From NCBI RefSeq assembly GCF_009914755.1, contig NC_060927.1: 64,000 nt of DNA, one strand, 5' to 3'. The stretch is from the human T2T-CHM13v2.0 reference genome, Homo sapiens. Shown here in pieces: positions 48,789 to 64,000 of this stretch. Made by a program: the position numbers and the translations under genes. The notes under the pieces are model-generated. The model saw only the letters and a list, made by a program, of their open reading frames with translations, had not been told where the DNA came from and searched no databases. Within the stretch, counting starts at the first letter, position 1; each line of letters begins with the position of its first letter.

Positions 48789-50489
48789 AATCATTTTATT
48801 AATGTATAAAGTTCTGTGAATTTATTGATAAATTAATGGCTAATGAAAATAAGTAGATGGCCTGCGTCCATTATTATTTGCTCCTATTTAAGAGAAAATA
48901 TGTTAGGTTTAACAAATGATTGCAGATAAATTAATTGGGAAAATGAATTTACTTTGTACATATTGTACCTTCTTGGATTCCTATTATTTGGGGAGAAATT
49001 TTATATTTTTTTCTTTATATTTGATACTTTAAAGACACTGTTTCACTGAGTTTGGAACAAAAGCAGTAACTTAGATTTCTGCTTCTCAGCAAATAAACAG
49101 CAGGTGAAGTTAAGAGCTTGATTAAGGAAAAGATTACCAGTGCTATTCTTTATTCTGCAACCAATAATTTTACAGTTAACAGGAAATAATAGGCCAGCTT
49201 TTTCTCCAGTATAGATGTTTTCATAGGAATTCTTGTGATGTGATTGCCAAGAATAGATTTCTATGTCTGCCTAATGTACACTGAAGAAATGATACATTTT
49301 TAAAGTAAACCAATCAATTTCTTCAGAGGCTCTCTTTTATAAGGACAAAACAAAATAGTCAACCAAGGATTCTAAGGCACTTAAAGAACGTTTCAAAGTG
49401 TAAATTACAAAAACCCATAATGTAAATAAGCACCAAGTGCCATCTCAAAACTTAAAAAATGTTGTTGGTTTTTTTTTCTGAGTTTGAGACTAAATCATTA
49501 GATAGGATATATACCAAGCTGTATGTTTGTGAGTTTTTCTTTTACAGGATGGGAATTACTTAGCAAATTTTTACCACCCAGCAACACAAATGGCTCACAA
49601 TTAAGTGTAAGACAAATCCATATTGTAGAATCAATCATTGCTGTATAGAAAACTCAAGTAAAACTAAGATCATGTTAATTCGGAATCTCAGTCAGATTGA
49701 TGTTTGAAGTCTACAATGCTATCACACTGTAGTTGTTCTTCAACTGTTCCTTTTTTTTTTTTATTTTGTTTTGTTTTCTTCCCCCAAATCAGACCCTCAT
49801 ACTGGCAAGTTGAATTAAAAACTTGTCATAGAGACATCTGTAAATGATTCTGTACCCAATGGCTATGACCAGACTCCAAATTTAATTATGTGTAAAATGA
49901 TAAATGAAACAGAAAAAGTGCCAAACTTAATTAACATGCTGAATATTAAGTGGATTTAGTGGATATCATATTTTAAAGATTCCAAAATTTAATAGGCACT
50001 TAAAGCAAATGCAGTATTTTCCTTTGCATCACACACTCTATTCATGAACGACAGCATGCAACAATTGATTTAAAACATTTTCAAAACTGTGAGTATGTTT
50101 TTCCCCACATAAATTCATCATTGATGACACCATATGGCTCCATTAATGAAGAAGCTAGGCCATGCCAGGCTATTACCATGAATCGTGAAGATAGTTCCTT
50201 GTCACCAACCAGAGCCTGCTCATTTTTTGTCCTCTGGGCTTAACACAAAAAAATTTTCTCATCATTCAGATTTTTTTCTAGTTTGAGATATTTTCCAGGA
50301 TTCTATTTTTGTTTAAATGATTGAGGAGTGGTGAGTTATGTCCTGGCCTTTTGGTTAGCAATCTCCTTTCATGCCTGCATAGATCACTGATAGGAAATTA
50401 GCAATGATTGCAAATGCCAGTTTTCTTCAAGTTGTGAGTCAATTGCAGGAAAAGCATGCATTCACCCACATCAACTAATATTTGCAAGG

Positions 50490-50665
50490 TAGTGGTGGGT
50501 AATAGCAAAGAGCACAAGTCTGGAGCAGAGTACCTGAGATTGAGTCAGTCCCTGTTTTGTCACCTTCACTTTGGCCAACTTAACCTTTCTGCATCTCTCT
50601 TGCCTCAATTGCTAAAGGAGGATAAGTGTAAGGTTATTATTAAGATTAAATAAGTTAATATGTAT
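50490..50665 (+). mobile_element. MIR fragment
   Basis: AAGAGCACAAGTCTGGAGCAGAGTACCTGAG...CTTTGGCCAACTTAACCTTTCTGCATCTC...AAGATTAAATAAGTTAATA; ends approximate. Confidence 0.6.
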
Positions 50666-50797
50666 AACTCTTAAAATATATGCTAGTTATGATTATTATA
50701 TTTCATAATTTATAGTTTCTCAGAGGATATTTTGATCATTTAACGCTATAACTGTTTCTTCTATTCCCAACGGCAAACATATCTGATTTATCTATGC

Positions 50798-50940
50798 TAC
50801 TGATTCTTAAAATTGACTGCACATTGGCATCACCTGGACACATTTTAGAAATACTCATAACTGGTGTAGGCTGCAATGCAGGCATGGGTTTTTCAAAGCT
50901 TCTGATGTTTTGAATGTGCAGCCAAGCTTAAGAACCATTG
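50798..50940. mobile_element. MER5-family (hAT-Charlie) fragment
   Basis: TTCTTAAAATTGACTGCACATTGGCATCACCTGG...AATGTGCAGCCAAGCTTAAGAACCATTG, with complementary ends. Confidence 0.7.
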
Positions 50941-51047
50941 ATCTATGTCCCTTCTTACCTAGATGGATTACCTCTAGAAAAGAGAGTCAGAGTGAGATTG
51001 CGGGTAGTTTATGCTAATTTCCAAAGTCCTCTATGACCTATGACTGT

Positions 51048-51417
51048 TGTCTCAGTTCATTCCTACTGCTAGAAGAAAATACCACAGACTGGGTTCTTTA
51101 TAAACAACAGAAATTTGTTTCTCACAGTTCTCGAGTCTGGGAAGTCCAATATCAAGACACTAGCAAATTGGGTATCTGGTGAAGGCTAGCTCTCTGCTTC
51201 CAAGATGGTGCTTTGTTGCTGTGTCCTCACATGGTGGAAGGCAGAGGGGCAAAAGGAGGGCCTAGATAGTCTCCTTCAGCCCTTTTATAAGGGCATTAAT
51301 CCCATGTATGAAGGTCGACCTCCTCAGGATCTAACCACCACCAAAGACCCCACCTTCTTTGGGGTTTAAGTTCCAACATATACATTTTGGAGAGACACAG
51401 ATATTCAAACCATAGTA
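51048..51417 (-). mobile_element. ERVL-MaLR solo LTR (MLT1A-like)
   Basis: TGTCTCAGT...AAATACCACAGACTGGG...CTCACAGTTCT...TTCAAACCATAGTA; 5-bp TSD ACTGT at 51043-51047 and 51418-51422. Confidence 0.9.
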
Positions 51418-51429
51418 ACTGTTGTCCTT

Positions 51430-51580
51430 AGTGTTTAGTGTGCTTAGGAATTACAGGGAGGACCTGTTAAAACAAAGATTGCAAGCCACAGCCACAGTTT
51501 CTGAATTAGCAGGTCTAGGATAAAGCCCAAAGATTGCCATTTCTAACAAGCTCCCATGGAATATTCTTATCACTGGTCCA
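51430..51580. mobile_element. MER5A-like fragment
   Basis: CTGTTAAAACAAAGATTG...AGTTTCTGAATTAGCAGGTCTAGG...GCCCAAAGATTGCCATTTCTAACAAGCTCCCA. Confidence 0.65.
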
Positions 51581-51647
51581 GATGAACAGAAGTGGGGACA
51601 GATGGGCCCACAGTAACCACCATACTGTCCATATCTTTAGTATGGCC

Positions 51648-52243
51648 TGTATTAGTCAGGGCTCTCCAGACAAACAGAGTCAACAGAATATATGTAGATT
51701 ACATAGATAGATAAACAGATCTATTTATAGATAAATCAATATAGACCTATATCTCTCTATAGATATAGGAATATAGATCTATATCTCTATATATTCTTTA
51801 TATCTATATAATATATAGATAGATCTATATAATAGGTGTATATATTATACATATGTATAAAATATATATATACACAGAGAGAGAGAAAGGAGACAGATTT
51901 ATTTTAAGGAATTGGTTCACATGATTTTACTGGCCTGGTAAGTCCAAAATTTGCAGGGTAGGCCACAGTCTGGAGACCCTTGGAAGAACTGCAGTTCAAG
52001 ATCAAAGGCAGTCTCCTGGCAGAATACCTTCTTGAGAGGCCAGTCTTTGTTCTATGAAGGTCTTCAACTGATTGAATGAGACCCACATGCGCTATGGAGG
52101 GCAATCTGCTTTACTCAGAGTCTACCAATTTAAATGTTAATCTCTTCCAAAAAACACATTCACAGCAACATCCAGAATACTGTTTAACCAAATATCTAGG
52201 CATCAGGACCTGACCAAGTTAACACATAAAATTAGCCATCACA
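51648..52243 (-). mobile_element. ERVL solo LTR (MLT2B-like) with internal TA/GA-rich tract (~51690-51885)
   Basis: TGTATTAGTCAGGGCTCTCCAGA...TAAGGAATTGGTTCACATGATT...GAGGGCAATCTGCTTTACTCA...CAAGTTAACACATAAAATTAGCCATCACA; TSD-like TGGCC/TAGCC. Confidence 0.9.
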
Positions 52244-52979
52244 TAGCCTCATTTGTACACAGTGTTGAATCCAATATAAAAAAGAAATAACATTTCTTCT
52301 CCAAATCTCTTTGTTATTATAAATTACTATTGAAAAAGTTAAGATTAATTGGTGTTGGTAGAAACAATAGGAAAAGCTGAATGCTCCAAAGTGATTGAGT
52401 TTGGCCATAGTCAGTGACAAAGTTTTTAGTGTATTTAGTGACCCAACAGGAACAGTTTTCTAAGTAAAATTTTGAGATACTGATGAAAAGAGATGAAGGA
52501 TTGACTCTAGGTACAGTTAATGAAGCTGACACTTCCTTTTCCCAGCAACTCATCTCCATAGGTGATAGGCCACCAGTACTGTCTTAAGCCTTCTAGGTTT
52601 TCCCATTGTCCTCATCAAAACATATCTGTCTTGTAATCTGATTACAAAGGTTCTTCATCTAAGCTGTACATTTAATAACTAATCAAACTAAAGTGTTAAT
52701 ATGTCAAGAGGTGCAGAGATAATTCGCTGACATTGACTGATGGTAAAGGAACTTTATAAACCAACATCTTCCCAACATGATTTTTCCAAAGAGCTGCAAA
52801 TGGACAATACAACCAAGCACATTAAGAACTTATTTCCTCACACTGGGGTTGCTTGCAGTGCTTAGAATTGGTAGGAGAGCTTTTTCAAAACATATGCTGT
52901 GTCACTATGCACACAGGGTGTATTAATATTCCCAGTGATGGGATTTTCCACATAATTTAAATAAAACCCCTTCCCCTAC

Positions 52980-53157
52980 CACTGGTGATTCTCAGTCCTG
53001 ATTGCATATTAAAATTGCCTTGTGAGATTTTATTATGTACAGATGCCAGGGCTCCTCCTAATCCAATTAAGTAAGAACCTCTATGACAGCTGGTGAGTCC
53101 CTGTGTTTTAAATGTTCCCCAGGTCATCCTAACGTGCACCCAAGGTCAAGAACAACT
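52980..53157. mobile_element. MER5-family element
   Basis: GTGATTCTCAGTCCTGATTGCATATTAAAATTGCCT...TCCCCAGGTCATCCTAACGTGCACCCAAGGTCAAGAAC. Confidence 0.7.
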
Positions 53158-54825
53158 TCTTCATATGGGAAAAAAGCATAAATCATAAGGTTACTGAGTT
53201 TGGGAGGAAAATGAAATATACAATTTACCAGAAAATAAATAGAATATTTACCATATCAGTTTTACAATATGTAGTTAGAAACTTTACACTTTTACCCAAC
53301 TGAAGTTAGAAACAGACTAATATAAGAGGAGGCTTTGAGAAAACACAAATCAGTAGATCCCACCAAGCGCTTTTTAATTTTTCTCAGCTTTACAATTGAC
53401 ATTCACTGAAATAAGGCTGATTTTTTCAGTGATACTACAAGTATGCAGTATAGCAGGTTCTTAGGCATAATAATAATGTTTTTAAACACAATAATGATTA
53501 AAAATAGAGTTCTTTCTTTTATTAGGCTTTTTGTTTGCTATTGTGAAAAGGTTGAAAGAAAAATGCCCTGCAGCCATTCTGAAGTTTTCTTGTAACATTT
53601 GATCAACTAGAACAGGGACTATGTCCTAAAGTAATTGTGGAATCTGCACAGTACTAGCCTTGAACGGAGCTCAGTGTTTATTGATTGGCTGATGGAGGAT
53701 GAATTCCTTTAACCTAATTGTTTATTTCCATTTCTAAGATATTTAAATTATATATATTTTAAATAAATATATTTAAATAAGATACATATATATTTAAATA
53801 CTTTGATTTTAGAAAAGCAATATAAATCTTCAGAAAATATTTACTTATAATGCCAAGTGTTTGTCAGTCTCAGAGAGGTAAATCTGAAAGAGAACCAAGA
53901 ACTAACACATACAGAGTAAAAAATATTATGAAATTGTTATTCCCAAAATATTTCAGATTTTAGATTTAAGAAAATTTTACATATCTAGAAAAAAAAATTA
54001 TAGCTGTTACAAATCCTTATTCAAAAGAGGCACTCTACTAAACAAAATAATGCAAGGTTGAAATTGTGAGTAGAGTAGGCATTTATCTACAGGGTCAGAT
54101 TATGGAGGTAACTGCCATAATACCATATCCCCCAATCCCATCAATTATGACCGAAATGCCACCAGTGCTGCTAAGCACGACTTTAAGCATTGATCACTTG
54201 CAGAAAATACTCCTGAGAAAACTAGCAGTTCCCGTGAATTAAAGGAATTTTAACAGGCTATGGCCTGAAAGCAGTTAATATGAAGAACAAGACAGGGGAC
54301 TTCAGGATGCATCAAAGTTGATCTTTGCCCACTTTTCCAAAATTGAAATTGAAATTATGAGACATGCCCTCTCAGAATCAGTCTGTCCATCTGAAAAGAT
54401 GCAAATAATATTATAGCAATCTGGAAAGTGAACTACTTACAAGTAGATGTAGTTAAACATATTTTTATAGCTGAAAAGTTCATAATCAAATATATTTTTT
54501 ACACAACTTTAAATGTAGAAATAGAAAGTGTACTCCATAGAATTTGAAGGAAGACATTGGGGTAATTAACGTGTTAACCAAAATAAGAAAATTTTTAAAG
54601 ACTTTACCAGAATGCTGTGGGCTAGTCTATAGTAAACATGAAAATCACATTTAAAATACTGCAATACATCTTAAGATAACATGGATCCTTAACATGTGAC
54701 TTCTAAGATGGTAATATTAATGATGTCTTTAATGGTCTATTTTCTTGTATTCATTTTATTTAACTTTTCAGTAATGTTTTATTTTATTTGGAATTGTGCC
54801 ATAACTAAAATAATATGCAAACAGA

Positions 54826-54974
54826 TTTAGGAGATATACCTAATGCTAAATGACGAGTTAATGGGTGCAACACACCAGCATGGCACATGTATACATATGT
54901 AACTAACCTGCAAATTGTGCACATGTACCCTAAAACTTAAAGTATAATAATAATTAAAATTAAATTAAAAAAAC
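54826..54974 (+). mobile_element. Very short L1PA3/4-like 3' tip
   Basis: TTAGGAGATATACCTAATGCTAAATGACGAGTTAATGGGTGC...CCCTAAAACTTAAAGTATAATAATAA plus A-rich tail. Confidence 0.92.
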
Positions 54975-57302
54975 AAATGATACTGTAAACATAATGTAAT
55001 GTTAATATTATGTATATTATAAATATGCCATTTTATTATAAGTATCATGCATAAGTAATTACATATAATAATAACATTGGTATTATATATGTGATTAGAT
55101 ATAAATAATAGTATACATAATTAAAATGCAAAACGTAAGTATTTAAATGCATAAAATTAAAGCATTTCACCATATGTATTTATAATTTGTAACAAGTTTT
55201 TATATTAATATTCTAATAATTCTACCCTGAACTTATAATACAAGTTTTTTTATTTAAAAAGTGATTAAGAAGCACCATATTCAAACATTTAAGTTCACAT
55301 AAATCTCTTTAGAGGTCAAATTAAATTTTAAATAGAATAGTTCAGATTTTGTATTTTAGAGATATATACCAAAATGGTTTGTGTAGAATATGTAAATTTA
55401 TTTAAACACAATTAAAACAGATAAATGAAACATAATTTATTATGAGTTTAATGAACACTTTCAATTTTTAAATCTCTGCTACTATATTCACAATTTCAGT
55501 CAGTGAAAATACATACAGCTCTCCATTTGGAAATTGTGTATGAAACTGTTTCTCACTTGTTTAATAGCCTTTAATGTGCTGTTCATTTTCTGCCTAGTGT
55601 TGGCCTTGTTATCAACAAGTTTCTAAAATCTCAAAGATGCCTTTGAAAAGATGAGAAACACCATTACGCAGACAAGTTTTAGAGTATCAATTTTGTTACA
55701 CTTTGGAGGCACAAAAGGGGAAGAGAAGTTGTTAAACTAGTATATAATTTAAATGATTATTTTTATATTAAAATAAATACTGATACCATGGAAATAAGAA
55801 TAATTCCCCAGAATTTTCATGATTAAACAGGAACATCAAACATATTTAATACAGCTGCTTCCAGCTATACTCCAGCCATTTAGGATACATGTCTACTTTT
55901 CTCTGTTTCAAGGGGTACTTGAGAAGTGTGGCTGTATTCCCCTCCTCTTGTTCATTGAACTGTCATTCACATCTCTTACCTTGCATTATACACTGAAAAT
56001 GTGCTTCTTATGATTAAATTCACCAAGTGACAAGAACTTCTTACAAACCCAACATTTTAAAATGTATACATTCAAAAGGATACTCAACCACAAGACACTG
56101 TCATTGAGAAAAGAAGGCAAACATAGCAATTTTTATAGTTTATGGACTCAGTACACATATAGGACAGATGCACATGAAAATAATGCATTTTAATAAACTT
56201 CACAATCATTCCCACAAGCACTAGATAATTGCCAAGTATGTATGGGATGGGACAGAGGCTGGGGCACTAGAATAAAGAGCACACACTACCTTAAGGTAGG
56301 AGACTAACTTGTGCTCTTAAAAGAATTAGAGAGGAAGGGGACAGGCTTCTCCATTTGGAACACCTTGAGTAAAATCATATTGTTGCCAATCATCAGAGTC
56401 TGAGAAACATTATAAGAGCAGAAATTGTGGATCATCAAAGATTGGACAAGAGTGAAGATGAAAACAAAAGATTATTTCTAAGTTCTAAAACTGAGAGACC
56501 AGGAGACCAAAGGTAAGAAAAGTTGGAGGGGAAATCTCAGGAGGGAAAAGCCTAAGTTTAAGTTTGAATGTGTTGAATTTTTTTATTACTTTTGACAGCC
56601 AGAAGAAAATGAAGAATGGTATTTAACTTGATCAACATGAGAATAAGGACAGAAGATCACTGCCACCATTTCTGCTACTGGGAAAAACGCAATAGCTAAA
56701 ATGCTTAATTGTTTTGACTATAGCCTCTCTTCTTTCAATACAAAACACAGAGCAATGGATGGTCTCAATGAAAGTTTCGGTAGAATACCCTAGGCCTCCT
56801 CAATTTCAGCATCTCCAGGGAATGGAGTTGAACTCAGTGGCACTGAACAAAGCCTCCTTCCAAGATTTTTCTTATAGGCTCATTTTCCCTCACTCACCAC
56901 AAGGTTTTCTCTTTCAAGAGTCTTGTAATTCAAGAACATAAACTTTGCTCCAGAGATGAGAGGCCTAAAACTTCAAAATGAAGAGGAGCATGATCACACT
57001 TCTGTCTTTGCATTGCCTGAAAAAATGGCCTGATACAAGCTCCCTACCAAGAGATAAGCAAAATCGTAAGAGTTTCCTACATTTGGCAACCTGATATCTT
57101 TCAGAAATGTAGAGTATTGTGGATAAAAACCATGCCCATGTGATTCAGGCTCAGCTCAGCCTTGTGTGGTCAGAGAAACACAAACAGTAACCAGAAGTAA
57201 TTAAGACATTCAAATCATTTAAACATGTCCTTTTCAAAATGGCAACAGAATGGAAAAATACTTTAAAAACCATAGATCATCTCACATTCTTTTCTCTCCA
57301 CC

Positions 57303-57729
57303 TGCCTTAGTCCGTTTTGTGCTGCTAAAAAACAATGCCACAGACTGGATAATTTATAAATAGAAATTTATTGGCTCACAGTTCTGAAAATCTGAGAAAT
57401 CTAAGTTATGTTAATGGCAGTTTCCATGTCTGATGAGCTCATTCTCTTCTTCCAAGATGGCGTCTTTCATGCTGCATCCTCCAGAGGGAAAAAAGAATGA
57501 ATCCTCACAAGGCAAAAGTTAGAAGACTCTAGACCGTGAGAGAGAGCAAGATGGGGCCAAACTCGCCCTTTTATAATGACACCAATGGCACCCATGACAA
57601 TGGAGGCATCACATCCTAATGCTACCCATGAGAGTGGAGCCCTCACACCATAATCTCTTCTAGAAGCTTCCACCTCTTAATTCTGTTACAATGGCAATTA
57701 AATTTTAACATGAATTTCAAATGATAGCA
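57303..57729 (-). mobile_element. ERVL-MaLR solo LTR (MSTC/MSTD-like)
   Basis: TGCCTTAGTCCGTTTTGTGCTGCT...CACAGACTGGATAATTTATAAA...GCTCACAGTTCTG...ACAATGGCAATTAAATTTTAACATGA...ATAGCA. Confidence 0.85.
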
Positions 57730-57785
57730 CTCTCTGTAACTCATTGTTTCCCACATGGGTAGCAGCAACTTCCTCTCTGATACTC

Positions 57786-58094
57786 TTTTTTTTTTTTTTT
57801 TGAGAGGAGTCTTGCTCTGTCGCCCAGGCTGGAGTGCAGAGGTGTCATCTCAGCTCACTGCAAGCTCCGCCTCCCGGGTTCAGGGCATTCTCTTGCCTCA
57901 GCCTCCTGAGTAGATGGGACTACAGGTGCTCAGCACAACGCCCAATTAATTTTTTTTTTTTTTTTTTGGTATTTTTAGTGGAGACGGGGTTTCACCGTGT
58001 TAGCCAGGATAGTCTGTATCTCCTGACCTCGTGATCTGCCCACCTCAGCCTCCCAAAGTGCTGGGATTACAGGCATGAGCCACCATGGCTGGCC
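57786..58094 (-). mobile_element. Alu, AluY-like
   Basis: Diagnostic GCAAGCTCCGCC, GTGTTAGCCAGGAT and CCTCGTGATC; TSD CCTCTCTG(A/C)TACTC at 57772-57785 and 58096-58109; expanded middle T-run. Confidence 0.92.
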
Positions 58095-58908
58095 CCCTCT
58101 CTGCTACTCGTAGCTCCCAACTGAGCACTCTACTCAGCCCGAACACCCCATGTGGGCTTTTGCCTTTCCTTCCTCTGTTATTTTCCTTCAATCCCATTAT
58201 TTTTCTCTTTTCCCAAAGTAAATACCCTACTTTTTCCTTTTCAGGTTGTTTTTATTCATTGGCCCAAATTAGCATGAATGTAATATAGGAAAGGAAAGAA
58301 TTCTCCTTAGCAATTAGAGGCAAGCAGAAAAGAAGGGACAAGTGGGTACACATTAAATTTTTTTGTTCCCATCCCATGTAAATGCTTAGTTTCAAAACAA
58401 TTTACTGTCATTATGTTTTATTTTGTTCTGAAACTCCAAGCTCTTTAAAAGACAATTCGAATTCTTATGATGTATCAGGATCATTCTTTTTTAGGATCCC
58501 TTGGGCTCTTGAATCAGTAGGGAACTGAATAAAAATCTCCACAGTTATGTGAAACCACAGAGATCTCAAGAGTTCTCTAAGGTTGGATGTGCCAAATTCT
58601 TTGGTACTTCCCCAGCCCCTTAGAAGAAATGCTGGGACAGGGACACAGTGTAATGCCAGGTGCTCAGGGGTCTGTGGCCCCTTCATTGCTACTCAGAAGG
58701 CATGCATGAAATTCTGTCTGCTTCAAGAACGCATAAGCTGACATTTCCAGATTACCTCTTTTTCTCACACAAACTGTGTTTTTGTACTGTTTTGCTTTTA
58801 ATGGATAAGGAGAAGTTAGATTTCACGATTAATACAAATTTGTAAAATTTATTAAGTGTTAGAATACTACCAAGAAAGGGCAACCCTATAAAAATATAGA
58901 TTACACTG

Positions 58909-64000
<5,092 letters not shown>

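Noticed and set aside
53735-53800. AT-rich quasi-palindromes (also 51700-51880 and 55000-55130)
   Set aside because: Low-complexity TA tracts are trivially self-complementary; one lies within the usual microsatellite position of an MLT2 LTR.
58885-58908. Swapped TSD between the plus L1 5' flank and the minus L1 3' flank, which would prove an inversion
   Set aside because: Revcomp CAGTGTAATCTATATTTTTA vs GAAATAGAACTATCTTTTTT is only a loose AT-rich resemblance, and the L1M does not continue there.

Overview
Human pericentromeric junction with no host protein-coding gene, RNA gene or CRISPR-like array recognised. Bases 1-26140 are unidirectional, diverged monomeric alpha satellite with no CENP-B box seen. 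It is built of distinct layers: 171-bp monomers to ~22.4 kb, including a dimer-like block at ~4.1-9.15 kb, then 172-bp monomers to 26.14 kb. A human-specific, 5'-truncated L1HS pre-Ta element (15215-17508) sits in the array and is the main evidence that the sequence is human. The array ends abruptly at a poly(T) tract with a minus-strand AATAAA 19 nt away. Then come ~1.25 kb of old sequence (L1M + AluJ) and a full-length minus-strand L1PA4/5-type element (27404-34641) with no matching TSD, carrying a nested 5'-inverted L1PA2-like insertion. From 34.6 to 58.9 kb lies AT-rich arm DNA with ordinary Alu, MIR, L2, MaLR/ERVL LTR, MER1B, MER5 and MADE1 fossils. A second L1PA4/5-type element (58909 to window end, + strand) forms an inverted-repeat pair with the first; the two show patchy near-identity and shared non-consensus bases, suggesting gene conversion and a possible ~24-kb invertible segment. 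I found no new enzymatic or gene system; the best leads are structural. Subfamily names come from remembered consensus features and need RepeatMasker/Dfam confirmation, and identity figures are hand counts.
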